A DNA stretch of 64,000 nucleotides, from contig JBAMMA010000020.1 of assembly GCA_039794005.1 (NCBI GenBank), positions 1-64,000 on the forward strand. Reading direction: 5' to 3'. Source of the DNA: Thermoplasmata archaeon (GTDB taxonomy: Archaea; Thermoplasmatota; Thermoplasmata; Thermoplasmatales; ARK-15). Shown here in pieces: positions 9,627-19,946 of the stretch; the first letter of the stretch is position 1; each line of letters opens with the position of its first letter. The notes under the pieces were generated by a model, which worked only from the letters and a program-made list of their open reading frames with translations, had not been told where the DNA came from and did no database searches. Position numbers and translations under genes: made by a program.

Positions 9627-10263
9627 ATGGATAATCGTAAAAAAAGATTTTATTTAAGTTTAATTTCGTTTTTTTATATTATCCCTTTTACCATCATTTT
9701 TATTCTATAACAAAATTGAAAAGGAGGAGTCAATAGCAATTAAGGCTGAACTCTTTCTATTTTCAATAATTATAGGTGAAATAATTGCATTTGTTACATT
9801 TTATACAATAAATAGAGAGGATATTAATATTAAAAGTATAAATTTTAAACCCACAAAAAATCCAATACCTTATATTTTTGGGTTGGTATTTGTTTTAATA
9901 TATTCATTGATACAAATTCAAATTCCACTGTTAAGAGAGTATTCATTTACTTTTAATACATTAAAATTATTTTCAATATTTGCAGCAATTGTTGCAGGAA
10001 TTATTGAAGAAACTATATTTAGAGGATACATAATTAATTATTTCAAATCTAAAGGTTCTTATTCAATAATAATATCTTCTCTAATATTTTCAGTATTTCA
10101 CATTACATGGAATGTCTTTGGAATGTTGGGTACATTTATTATCGGTCTGATTTTTGGATATATTTATTTTAAATGGAATTCATTTCTTCCAGACATAATA
10201 TCACATGCATTATTAGATTCAATAATTGAACCTGGAATGATAATCTCATTCTTTTTAATTTAA
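9627..10263 (+). pseudogene. CPBP (CAAX/Abi-family) intramembrane protease, apparently frameshifted near the 5' end
   Basis: EETIFRG, FSVFH and HALLD motifs in 9883-10263; that frame is open back to 9664; ATG 9627 frame stops at 9708-9710; a +1 shift in a T-run joins them. Confidence 0.6.
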
Positions 10264-10301
10264 ATAATCTTTATAATATACAATTTTTATAGTTAAATGT
10301 T

Positions 10302-10886
10302 ATGAGTGATTATATTTTAATAAAGAAAAATGAAATTATCATTAATGGAATCAAGAGTGACGTAATCGAGAAATCTTACAAAAAGATCAACATTAAAGGA
10401 AATCATTATATAAAAATTGAATATATAAAAAATAACAAATGGAAAATTGTTTTTTCAAATTTATCTGAAGGTATATTGGAAAATGATATTTTAACCATAA
10501 ATGATAAAAAGTACTATATAAAATTAATAAATAGGGACAGAAAACAAATTTTAATGGAAATAAGAGATAAAAGTGATAATTTATGTTCAAAAATCTTTAT
10601 AAATAAATGGGAAATCGCAATAGAAAATTACAATTGTGATGAAATTTCTATAGCATTGGGAGTTTTGTCGGTGGCTATTTATATTAATATTGTAAAAGGA
10701 TATGTTAAAATGCCTAGGAATGTTAAAATAATGTTTATAATATTAACAGTTGTTTTAACGGCATTAATATCTTTCCTAACATACCAATCTTATAATTATA
10801 ATAATTTAATAATATTATTATTCATTTATAATAGTATGATATACACCTTTTATATTTTATTTCTAGCGCTGAGAAAAAAAATCTAA
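10302..10886 (+). CDS. Hypothetical protein with C-terminal transmembrane helices
   Basis: 194-aa ORF, soluble N-terminal region and 2-3 hydrophobic segments; no recognised motif. Confidence 0.6.
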   Translation: MSDYILIKKNEIIINGIKSDVIEKSYKKINIKGNHYIKIEYIKNNKWKIVFSNLSEGILENDILTINDKKYYIKLINRDRKQILMEIRDKSDNLCSKIFINKWEIAIENYNCDEISIALGVLSVAIYINIVKGYVKMPRNVKIMFIILTVVLTALISFLTYQSYNYNNLIILLFIYNSMIYTFYILFLALRKKI

Positions 10887-10930
10887 AAAGTGAAAAATAA
10901 AACTTAATATCCAAATTTCAATATCAAATT

Positions 10931-11437
10931 ATGGATACTGAAACATTGGAAGAATTAATTAATTATATAGAAACACCAATTGAATACGATTTATTTTTAA
11001 AATACCTTGAAGAATCTTATTCCAATGAAGAAATAAATGTTGATGAGTATAACGATTTAAAAAGAAAAATAAAAGAAAAGGAATATATTAAAAATCAAAG
11101 ATATGCAAAACCTGGAGATATAAAGGAAATAGTTTGTTACAAGGGTTATTTTGATAAAAAAGAAAAAGTGAACGTTGATTATACAAACAGAATTCCAGAA
11201 TTTTATAGGGAAGCTCTAAAAAGAAATCAAACCTTGTATGAATACATGAATGAAACAATAGGAATCCCTTCAAAGATGCATTTTAGATTTATATTAAAAG
11301 ATGAAGAAAAGAAGAAAATTGACATGACAAAGAATACATCAGAGATTGAAAATATTAAAAGAAAAATTGATAATTTAGAGGAAGAATTGAAAAAATTAAA
11401 GGAAGAATTAGAAAAATTAGTAAATAAAAATAAATAA
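10931..11437 (+). CDS. Hypothetical protein with C-terminal coiled coil
   Basis: 168-aa ORF ending in heptad pattern IENIKRKIDNLEEELKKLKEELEKL. Confidence 0.65.
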   Translation: MDTETLEELINYIETPIEYDLFLKYLEESYSNEEINVDEYNDLKRKIKEKEYIKNQRYAKPGDIKEIVCYKGYFDKKEKVNVDYTNRIPEFYREALKRNQTLYEYMNETIGIPSKMHFRFILKDEEKKKIDMTKNTSEIENIKRKIDNLEEELKKLKEELEKLVNKNK

Positions 11438-11485
11438 AATGTAATTTTTATCTATGTAAATACAATATACCTATCTGGTGATTTC

Positions 11486-12817
11486 ATGACTGAAGAAGAT
11501 GAAATGATGAACTTTTTGGGCATAAATAATATAGAGGAGCTTTTTGCAGATATCCCAGAAAATGTAAAAATAAAGGGAATAGATTTACCGGATGGATTGG
11601 ATGAAAATTCACTGAGATTGGAATTCAGAAGAATTCTGTCAAAGAATAGGTCATTTTATGAAATGCCTATATTCATGGGTGCTGGAGTTTATTTCCATTA
11701 TATTCCTTCAACTGTGTTTTCAATAATTTCCAGGTCTGAATTTTATACCGCATATACACCATATCAACCGGAAATATCACAGGGTATGTTACAGACATTA
11801 TTTGAATACCAGAGTTACATAGCAGAATTAACAGGTCTACCGGCTGTAAATGCATCAATGTATGATGCTCCAACATCATTAGGCGAGGCTGCAAGGATGT
11901 CATATTACATTAATGGTAAAAGGGAGGTGTTAATACCAAAAAATATCCAATGGGAGAAAAAGAGTGTTTTGTGGAATTATATAAAGGGATTGGAAATGAA
12001 AATCGTTGAATATGATTATGATAAAAAAACCGGAGGCATAGATCTTGAATCATTGAAATCTAAAATTAATGAAAATACTTCCATGGTATACGCTGAAATT
12101 CCAAATTTCTTTGGTATTATTGATGAAAATATTACGAAAATCAGAGAATTCGGAGATTTCATATTTACTGTAGGTGTAAACCCTATTTCACTTGGAATTT
12201 TAAAACCACCTGCAGATTATGGAGCAGATATAGTAATTGGAGAGGGGCAAATATTGGGAAATCCAGTTAATTTTGGAGGGCCATTGTTGGGTATATTTTC
12301 TACAAAAATGGAATATATAAGAAAAATGCCTGGAAGAATTATCGGTATGTCCAAAGATAATCATGGTAAAAGAGCATTTGTCATGACTTTACAGACAAGG
12401 GAACAACATATTAGAAGAGCGAAGGCAACCAGCAATATATGTTCCAATGAGGCATTGGTTGCAGTGGCATCTGCAGTTTATTTATCCACACTTGGTAAAT
12501 CAGGGTTAAAGAAATTGGCGGAAATCAATATGTCCAGGGCAAATTACGTCTTAGAAAATATAAAGAAAATATATGGATATAGCTCACCTCATTCTGGGCT
12601 TCATTTTAACGAATTCGTGATAACTTTACCGGATAAAGAAATAAATGTGCATAAAAAACTGCTTTCAAAAGGAATACATGGTGGATATTTGATAAATACA
12701 ATGACAAACAACTATTATCCAGAACTTGGAGAAAGCATGTTATTGAACGTTACAGAAGTACATACTGATAATGATATTAACAAGTTGTTGGATGCTCTGA
12801 GGGAGGTGGTTTCATGA
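11486..12817 (+). CDS. gcvPA: Glycine dehydrogenase (decarboxylating) subunit 1
   Basis: YTAYTPYQPEISQG, NASMYD, LQTREQHIRR.KATSNICSN. Confidence 0.96.
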   Translation: MTEEDEMMNFLGINNIEELFADIPENVKIKGIDLPDGLDENSLRLEFRRILSKNRSFYEMPIFMGAGVYFHYIPSTVFSIISRSEFYTAYTPYQPEISQGMLQTLFEYQSYIAELTGLPAVNASMYDAPTSLGEAARMSYYINGKREVLIPKNIQWEKKSVLWNYIKGLEMKIVEYDYDKKTGGIDLESLKSKINENTSMVYAEIPNFFGIIDENITKIREFGDFIFTVGVNPISLGILKPPADYGADIVIGEGQILGNPVNFGGPLLGIFSTKMEYIRKMPGRIIGMSKDNHGKRAFVMTLQTREQHIRRAKATSNICSNEALVAVASAVYLSTLGKSGLKKLAEINMSRANYVLENIKKIYGYSSPHSGLHFNEFVITLPDKEINVHKKLLSKGIHGGYLINTMTNNYYPELGESMLLNVTEVHTDNDINKLLDALREVVS

Positions 12818-14274
12818 CCTTTCATCAGGCAGTATGGGATGAACCTTTAATATTTGAAAAAAATGGGAAAAGAACCATTAAATTACCCAATGAAGAGAGT
12901 GAATTTAATATAAATATTCCAGAATCTTTGAAAAGGGATAATTTAAACATTCCGGATAATGAAGAATATGAAGTTTTGAGACATTATGTAAGATTATCGC
13001 AGATGAACTATGGCGTGGATTTGAATACATATCCACTAGGATCATGTACCATGAAGTTTAATCCAAAGATAGCCGATGAAATTTCATCAATGGATCAAGT
13101 TAGATATATACATCCTTATCAGGACATAGATACAATACAGGGCGCCCTGCAAATAATGTATGAATTACAAGAATCTTTAAAGAAAATTACCTACATGGAT
13201 GCTTTTACCCTTCAACCCATTGCCGGAGCTGACGGTGAATTTACGGGATTGCTCATCGTAAAAGCATATCATGAAGATAGGAAGGATTTTAAGAGAAAAG
13301 AAATTATAGTTCCAGATTCTGCACATGGAACCAATCCAGCAAGCTCTACAATGGCAGGATTTAACACTATAGAAATACCTAGCAATGATCAGGGGATGGT
13401 GGATTTAAAAGCACTTGAAGAGGCATTGTCTGATAGAACAGCCGCATTTATGATAACAAATCCAAACACACTCGGTATATTTGAAGAAAATATTGAAAAG
13501 ATTGCAGAATTGGTACACTCACATGGAGCATTATTATATTATGATGGTGCCAATCTAAATGGAATAATGGGAAAGACAGCTCCGGGTAAAATGGGTTTTG
13601 ACATTGTACATGTAAATCTCCATAAGACATTTGCAACACCACACGGAGGAGGAGGCCCGGGTGCAGGTCCAGTTGGTGTTAAACATCATCTACTGGATTA
13701 TCTACCAGTTCCAATAGTTTCATTCGATGGCAATAAATATTATTTAGATTACAATGTAAAGAAATCGATAGGTAAAGTTGCAATGTTTTATGGAAATTTT
13801 GGCGTTCTTGTAAGGGCATGGGCATACATTAAATTGATGGGTGGAGATGGTTTGAAGAAAGCTACAGAAAGGGCTGTTTTAAATACAAACTATCTGAGAA
13901 AAAAATTGAAAGGGTACTATGATCTACCGTATAAAGAATTGAGGAAACATGAGGTTGTATTCAGTGGTAAAAACCTAAAACAATATGGAATTAGAACGTT
14001 GGATGTTGCAAAGAGAATGTTGGACTATGGAATCCATGCACCAACCATATACTTCCCATTAATAGTGGAGGAGGCCTTGATGATAGAGCCTACAGAAACG
14101 GAGAGCAAAGAATCCCTGGATAAGCTTGCTGAAATAATGATAAAAATAGCAGAAGAGGCAAAGACAAATCCAGAGTTATTGAAGACCGCACCTCATAATA
14201 CGGCAGTGGGTAGAATAGATGAAGTTGAGGCCAACAGAAATCCAATAGTATCATACAGAATGATAAAAAGATGA
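12814..14274 (+). CDS. gcvPB: Glycine dehydrogenase (decarboxylating) subunit 2
   Basis: PLGSCTMK, SAHGTNPAS, NLHKTF.TPHGGGGPG, MIEPTETES. Confidence 0.96.
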   Translation: MTFHQAVWDEPLIFEKNGKRTIKLPNEESEFNINIPESLKRDNLNIPDNEEYEVLRHYVRLSQMNYGVDLNTYPLGSCTMKFNPKIADEISSMDQVRYIHPYQDIDTIQGALQIMYELQESLKKITYMDAFTLQPIAGADGEFTGLLIVKAYHEDRKDFKRKEIIVPDSAHGTNPASSTMAGFNTIEIPSNDQGMVDLKALEEALSDRTAAFMITNPNTLGIFEENIEKIAELVHSHGALLYYDGANLNGIMGKTAPGKMGFDIVHVNLHKTFATPHGGGGPGAGPVGVKHHLLDYLPVPIVSFDGNKYYLDYNVKKSIGKVAMFYGNFGVLVRAWAYIKLMGGDGLKKATERAVLNTNYLRKKLKGYYDLPYKELRKHEVVFSGKNLKQYGIRTLDVAKRMLDYGIHAPTIYFPLIVEEALMIEPTETESKESLDKLAEIMIKIAEEAKTNPELLKTAPHNTAVGRIDEVEANRNPIVSYRMIKR

Positions 14275-15161
14275 AAATCGTAATATACGGTGCTGGAGCA
14301 GTGGGTAGTCTATTCGGGGCATATTTATCAAAGTACCACGAGGTAACATTGATTGCGCGTAAAGAACATGTTGAAAAGATAAAAAACAATGGATTAATAA
14401 TAAAAGGGAAGACAAACGATGTCTTTAAATTGAACGCATCTGAAAATTATGATGGAGGGGCGGATGTAATATTTTTAACTGTAAAATCTTATGATACAGA
14501 AAATGCGATGATTAAATTAAAAGATATTCTGAAAGATGAAATTATCATATCATTGCAAAACGGTCTTGATAATATTGACATAATCAGAAAATATTATAAA
14601 AAAAGGATTGCTGCAGGAATAACAACAGAAGGCATAACATTTGAAAAACCAGGAGAGATCATTCATACAGGCAATGGAATTACTAAACTTGGAAACGTTG
14701 AAAATGTTGATAAAAATATAATATTGGAAATAGTGGAATCTCTGAACAAATCAGGATTAAAAAGTGAATATTCTTTTGATATTGTTAAAGAAATATGGAT
14801 TAAGGGATTCATAAATGCCTGTATAAATCCTCTTACCGCAATATTAAGAGCAAAGAATGGCAATCTGACAAGACCACCATTATTGAATATATTCAATGAT
14901 CTGTGCAAAGAAATAGAAATTTTGGCTAAATTGATTGGAATAAATGAAAATATTTATAATTTGAGCTATGAAGTTGCCAGAAATACATATGATAATTATT
15001 CCAGCATGCTTCAGGACATATTGAAAAATAAAAGGACTGAAATAGATCATATCACCGGAATTATACTAAAATTGGCAGGAGAATATAATCTGAGAATGCC
15101 AATAAACGAAACTTTATATAATATGGTAAAATATATCGAAGAAAATTATGGAAAACAATAA
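14271..15161 (+). CDS. panE: 2-dehydropantoate 2-reductase (ketopantoate reductase)
   Basis: GAGAVG, VKSYD, LQNG, W.K..IN..INP, SSMLQD...TEID. Confidence 0.92.
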   Translation: MKIVIYGAGAVGSLFGAYLSKYHEVTLIARKEHVEKIKNNGLIIKGKTNDVFKLNASENYDGGADVIFLTVKSYDTENAMIKLKDILKDEIIISLQNGLDNIDIIRKYYKKRIAAGITTEGITFEKPGEIIHTGNGITKLGNVENVDKNIILEIVESLNKSGLKSEYSFDIVKEIWIKGFINACINPLTAILRAKNGNLTRPPLLNIFNDLCKEIEILAKLIGINENIYNLSYEVARNTYDNYSSMLQDILKNKRTEIDHITGIILKLAGEYNLRMPINETLYNMVKYIEENYGKQ

Positions 15162-17331
15162 GGTTGAAATATCATTTAAAAGAGACCTTAAATTCATTGA
15201 TTTAATAAATGTAGGAGTAGGGGCCATGACCGGCGCAACAATATATATGATGGCCGGTCAAGCCGTTGCATATTCTGGAACGGCAATATTTTTAGCTCTC
15301 ATTTTCAATTATTTCATAACAATCTTAACTGCTATGACATATGCAGAATTATCAACAATATATCCGGAGGCGGGAGGTGGCTATCTATTTGTTGAGGAGG
15401 CTTTGCCAAAACCATTTGGTTTTATGGGAGGATGGATGTCATGGTTTTCACATTCAATTGCGGATTCATTTTACTCGGTAACTTTTGCGACGGGTATTGT
15501 CTGGTTAATGGAATTGTATTCAATCCCAATCTGGAATCCAAATTTATTAATTAAATTACTGGCAGTTTTAATAATAGGGATTATTGTTTTTATAAATTAT
15601 TGGGGAACAAAATCTACAGGAATTAGCCAGACGACAATAAACATGATCCAAATATTATTGATATTTGTAATTGGAGGTATTGGGATTTATGGTATTTTGA
15701 CCAGACACATAAATCCGATAAATAATATATTTCCAATTTCGGGATCTCCATTCGGAACATTGTTAGCCATGGGTTTACTGTTTGTTGGATTTGAAGGTTA
15801 TGAAATAATTGCACAAAGTGCAGAAGAGATTGAAAATCCAAAGAAAAATCTTCCGAGGGCCATCATACTATCTGTTACAATCGTAACATTGCTTTATCTA
15901 TTTTTATTTTTTGTAATGATTGGTTCAATAGGGCCAATTAAATTTGCATCATGGGGAAATTCAGCAGTTTTTAATTTTGGACAATATTTTATGGGTTCTA
16001 TTGGTGGCTCCATAGTAATACTCGCCTTGATATTCGGAGCTGTTTCAACATTAAATGCAACGGTTTATTCCGCGATAAGGGTATCATTTGCAATGGGGAG
16101 GAATGGTTCATTACCTAGATTTTTTGCAAGAATGCATACAAAAAGGAGAACCCCACATGTTGCCACAGTTATATCTGGTGCTATCATAGCGGTAATGGCT
16201 GTGGCATTTCCACTCGATACAATAGTTGCTGCAGCATCAATTATGTTTTTGCTTCTATTTACATTAGTCAACATTGCAGTTATAGTAAATAGATACAAAA
16301 ATCCAAATATTAAAGCCGAATGGAAAATGCCATTATTCCCATTGATTCCCGTATTGGCAATATTTACTAAACTTCTGGTTGCTTTTACTTTATGGTTATT
16401 TTCACCTACTGCATGGTATGTCGCTATCTTATGGATTGAAATTGGTCTAATAATATACTATTTCTGGGTAGGTAAAAGGGAAATAGAGGAGGGGGAAATT
16501 ATCAAACCTTCGCATGCTGTAGAGGAATTGAGAAAAAATAATATAATGGTTGCCGTGGCGGATGAAGATTATGATAGTGTAAGGCTTGCTGCACAATTAT
16601 CCAAAAATACAGGTGGTAATTTATACATATACCATGTTTATGAGGTCCCTCCCACTATAAATCCATATGCCATGAGGTATAACGATGTAAGCTTAGAGAT
16701 TAAAATGATTGATAGACTTGAAAAGCATGCAAAAAAGTATAAGAGGTCCGTCACACCAATTTTACAGGTAAGTCATGATATATACAATTCAATACAGAAT
16801 GCGATAAAAGAAAAAAATATTAAGATTCTATTCTTGAAATACAGGAAAAGGTTAATCGGTTCTAAGATTGAAAGACTTTACAAGAACCAAAGGGCGGATT
16901 TAATAATTTTTAAAGATCATATTCCAGAGGAGATTAAAAATGTTAATATTATTATATCAAAGAAAAGGAGTCATAAATTCGCGTTGGACGTAGGAATAAA
17001 ACTTGCAAATGAAAATAATTCAAGAATAACAATATATTCATTTTCAACCGATAAAAGTTTTATAGAAAAAATTGAAAATTACTTAAATGAAATGCACATT
17101 GATTTTGAAATGAAAATATTAAATAAGGAAAATGAAATAGAAAATATTAAAGAAATAATAAGTAAAGGCGATTTAACAGTTCTTGTACCACCTTCAGAAA
17201 TATTTGAAAGGAACATTTCAATTTCATATGAAATTTCTATAATATCCAAATTAGATGGGCCATTCATAATTGCAAAGAAAATGGAAACAGGATATGATGA
17301 TAATTATTATTCACTTGTTCATCATGCATAA
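15148..17331 (+). CDS. APC-family amino acid permease with C-terminal USP-like domains
   Basis: YAEL...PEAGG.Y, GFE.IAQSAEEIENPKKNLPRAI, about 12 TM helices; soluble C-terminus NIMVAVAD...LYIYHVYEVP. Confidence 0.88.
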   Translation: MENNKVEISFKRDLKFIDLINVGVGAMTGATIYMMAGQAVAYSGTAIFLALIFNYFITILTAMTYAELSTIYPEAGGGYLFVEEALPKPFGFMGGWMSWFSHSIADSFYSVTFATGIVWLMELYSIPIWNPNLLIKLLAVLIIGIIVFINYWGTKSTGISQTTINMIQILLIFVIGGIGIYGILTRHINPINNIFPISGSPFGTLLAMGLLFVGFEGYEIIAQSAEEIENPKKNLPRAIILSVTIVTLLYLFLFFVMIGSIGPIKFASWGNSAVFNFGQYFMGSIGGSIVILALIFGAVSTLNATVYSAIRVSFAMGRNGSLPRFFARMHTKRRTPHVATVISGAIIAVMAVAFPLDTIVAAASIMFLLLFTLVNIAVIVNRYKNPNIKAEWKMPLFPLIPVLAIFTKLLVAFTLWLFSPTAWYVAILWIEIGLIIYYFWVGKREIEEGEIIKPSHAVEELRKNNIMVAVADEDYDSVRLAAQLSKNTGGNLYIYHVYEVPPTINPYAMRYNDVSLEIKMIDRLEKHAKKYKRSVTPILQVSHDIYNSIQNAIKEKNIKILFLKYRKRLIGSKIERLYKNQRADLIIFKDHIPEEIKNVNIIISKKRSHKFALDVGIKLANENNSRITIYSFSTDKSFIEKIENYLNEMHIDFEMKILNKENEIENIKEIISKGDLTVLVPPSEIFERNISISYEISIISKLDGPFIIAKKMETGYDDNYYSLVHHA

Positions 17332-18600
17332 ATATAATTTTTCCAGGATGTCCGTTTTGACATCATCTATTTTGCCAATATCATCTATGTAAACCAATAT
17401 TTCATAAATTTTTTTGTTGTTTTCAATCTTTTGCAAATAAACCTTTGGTTTATTATTATAAATGATATGATCATTGATCTTCTCCTTCAGGATGCACTCT
17501 TCAATAAAGTCTTTATCAACATTTTTTTCTGTCAATAATTCAATCTTAACAGGTATTATCTTTTCATATATCCCAATATTTGTTACAGAATAATTCATCA
17601 TTTTTGAATTTGGTACATATATTATATTGCCTCTATGATCTCTTAGAACTGTATTCATAATTTTAATGTCTATAATTTCTCCGATAAAATTGATGTCATC
17701 AATTTTTATATAATTTCCAATAACGAATGTTTCAGATATTAAAATTGAAAGACCTGCCAGAGCATTTATTAAAGGAGGTGTAAAAATTATTGAGAATGAA
17801 AATATTAAAAATATTATAAATACAATAAATACAAAAACATCTGCATATGTAAAACCTATCATTGATAGAAATACCAAAATTATGCCTACGATAATGATGG
17901 ATGAAATAAAGTGTTTCAGTATTCCGGATATGTATAATAATAATTTATCTTTATTCGCCCTGGATTTTAATTTTATATCCTTTAAATACGCATTGATGAA
18001 TAGATAAGTCAAAATGCCGCCCAATAAAAGGATAAACATTGTTATGAATCCGTCTATGTTTTTTGACGAAAATGAATATATCCCTTCAACGGTATTTTTT
18101 AATATGCCAAAACTGGAGAGAATGACAATTAATATAAAAATGGTCGTTAACGAGTATATTAAATATTTTATAAATAATTCCATATATGAACTCAACTTGT
18201 AACTCCAAATATTTTTTGGTTTAATATGCAATTCCCCTCTTAAATATCTAAATAATCTGCTGTTGATGGTTAAAAACAAAAATGAAAATAGAAAGATCAT
18301 CATAATCAAAAAGAACATGTTGAAATACGGGAAAATAATTTTAGTTGTATACTGGGCCAATAAATTCATTGAGAATGCATATGATAAAATTATTATTATG
18401 AACAGAAAGGAAAATAATGTATATAAAAATATTATTTCTAATATACTGAATGCCTCATCACCCAAAATTGGACTTTCTTTAATTTTAAGATATTTTATTA
18501 ATCTTGTTAAATATGAAACCAAATATAATCCAATAACAATTATACCAATTGTTACAATTATAGGGATCAAGAGATCATTTAATAATTCAAATAAATTCAT
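17311..18600 (-). CDS. Mechanosensitive channel MscS family protein with extra TM helices
   Basis: NALAGLSIL...F.IG.YIKI...GEIIDI....T.LR......YVPNS. Confidence 0.85.
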   Translation of the reverse strand: MNLFELLNDLLIPIIVTIGIIVIGLYLVSYLTRLIKYLKIKESPILGDEAFSILEIIFLYTLFSFLFIIIILSYAFSMNLLAQYTTKIIFPYFNMFFLIMMIFLFSFLFLTINSRLFRYLRGELHIKPKNIWSYKLSSYMELFIKYLIYSLTTIFILIVILSSFGILKNTVEGIYSFSSKNIDGFITMFILLLGGILTYLFINAYLKDIKLKSRANKDKLLLYISGILKHFISSIIIVGIILVFLSMIGFTYADVFVFIVFIIFLIFSFSIIFTPPLINALAGLSILISETFVIGNYIKIDDINFIGEIIDIKIMNTVLRDHRGNIIYVPNSKMMNYSVTNIGIYEKIIPVKIELLTEKNVDKDFIEECILKEKINDHIIYNNKPKVYLQKIENNKKIYEILVYIDDIGKIDDVKTDILEKLYLCMMNK

Positions 18601-18634
18601 TAAAAGTTAATATAATCAGAATTATTTAAAATTT

Positions 18635-19309
18635 TCATATTAAATTCAATTCCTTCAATATTTCTATCACTCCATATCCATATTTTCTCCTGCTAATATA
18701 TTTTGATACCCTTTTTAGTTCCTCTATTGCATTCCCAACGGATGCTCCAACGCCACAATTTTTAACCATATCAATATCATTTTCACTATCTCCAATGGCC
18801 AGAATTTCTGAACAGTCAATGTTTAACATTTCTGAGGCCTTTTTAACGCCAAAATATTTATTCTGTTCCATATGTGAAATATGTATGCCAAAGCCTGTAT
18901 ATTCAACCCTATAACCTCTCGGTATAAAATAATCCTTTACTTTTTTTACATTATAATCCGGAACTATTGCAATAGATGTTTCCCTCCATCTATCTGTATA
19001 AATCCTCTTAACGTCCGGATTTAATTTTTTAAAATTTTCAAATTCCTTTTCTATATCATCCCTATCAAAATATCTGTATATATTATTATTATAAAAAATA
19101 ATACCTCCATTTTCACCTATCACTGGCCCTGAAAGCCCTATAAGAATTTTCATACCTAAAGCGACAGGTAAAGTATTACCGCTTACCAACATCACCTTTA
19201 TGCCCTCATTCTCCAGTTTTCTGAGTGCTGATATTACCTTTACTGGTATTATTCTCTTATCATTTGTCAAGGTGCCATCAATATCCGTAGCCACAGCCTT
19301 AATGTTCAT
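18635..19309 (-). CDS. HAD-superfamily phosphoglycolate phosphatase (archaeal Cof-like type)
   Basis: DIDGTLT, SGN, ENGG, NK..G, GDSEND. Confidence 0.9.
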   Translation of the reverse strand: MNIKAVATDIDGTLTNDKRIIPVKVISALRKLENEGIKVMLVSGNTLPVALGMKILIGLSGPVIGENGGIIFYNNNIYRYFDRDDIEKEFENFKKLNPDVKRIYTDRWRETSIAIVPDYNVKKVKDYFIPRGYRVEYTGFGIHISHMEQNKYFGVKKASEMLNIDCSEILAIGDSENDIDMVKNCGVGASVGNAIEELKRVSKYISRRKYGYGVIEILKELNLI

Positions 19310-19359
19310 TGCAATTAAAAATATAAAGTAGATTAAAATACCTTTTCATAGGTGCAAAT

Positions 19360-19662
19360 ATGGTTCATCCCCAGGCTAAAATAAACGCATCAAAATGGAT
19401 AAAAAATTTACTGAGCCTAGCTAAGGAGATGGAGTTAAAGAATGATCTAGAATTGGAAAAAAGATACATTTTTCTGGCATTGGAAATATCAAAACATTAT
19501 AAAGTGAAGTTTGATAAAAGGTACATATGCAAAAATTGTTATTCTTATTTAATTCCAGGAAAAAATGCAACGATAAGAATCAGAAAGGGAAGGATAATTT
19601 TAAAATGCTTAAAATGCGGAAATATTAAAAGATTTATAATAAGAAAAAATCAGACTTCGTAA
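19360..19662 (+). CDS. rnp4: RNase P protein component 4 (Rpp21/Rpr2)
   Basis: RY..LA..IS; KRYICKNCYSYLIPG; CLKCGNIKRF zinc ribbon. Confidence 0.88.
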   Translation: MVHPQAKINASKWIKNLLSLAKEMELKNDLELEKRYIFLALEISKHYKVKFDKRYICKNCYSYLIPGKNATIRIRKGRIILKCLKCGNIKRFIIRKNQTS

Positions 19663-19916
19663 TCTTTTTCTTGTTCCTCTGTTTCTCCAACAGTTTCTAT
19701 CTGAAAATAAACATTCATCCCCTTCAAGGTTTCATGAATTCTATCAGCAAACCATATTGCATCTTCTATTGTGGCATGATCTCCCCATTCATATACAAAA
19801 TCGTACCAGCCGGTCATGGGCCTGAATCCAATGGCTTCCAAAGCATTTACAATATCTGAAGGCTTGGATCCTTCGCTATTAAATGTTATTTTCAAATATG
19901 TCTTCATAATACTCAT
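19650..19916 (-). CDS. Small hypothetical protein (possible ferredoxin-like/ACT fold)
   Basis: 88 aa with beta-alpha-beta pattern TYLKITFNSEG..PSDIV..L..IGF....G.YDFVY.W. Confidence 0.7.
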   Translation of the reverse strand: MSIMKTYLKITFNSEGSKPSDIVNALEAIGFRPMTGWYDFVYEWGDHATIEDAIWFADRIHETLKGMNVYFQIETVGETEEQEKDYEV

Positions 19917-19946
19917 ATCCTGAATCCACTAACTTATTAAAAAATT

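Noticed and set aside
9721-9741. AAGGAGG followed by ATA/ATT as a non-canonical start for the CPBP gene
   Set aside because: Also explained as Lys-Glu-Glu codons in the open frame; the frameshift model restores an ATG start and first TM helix
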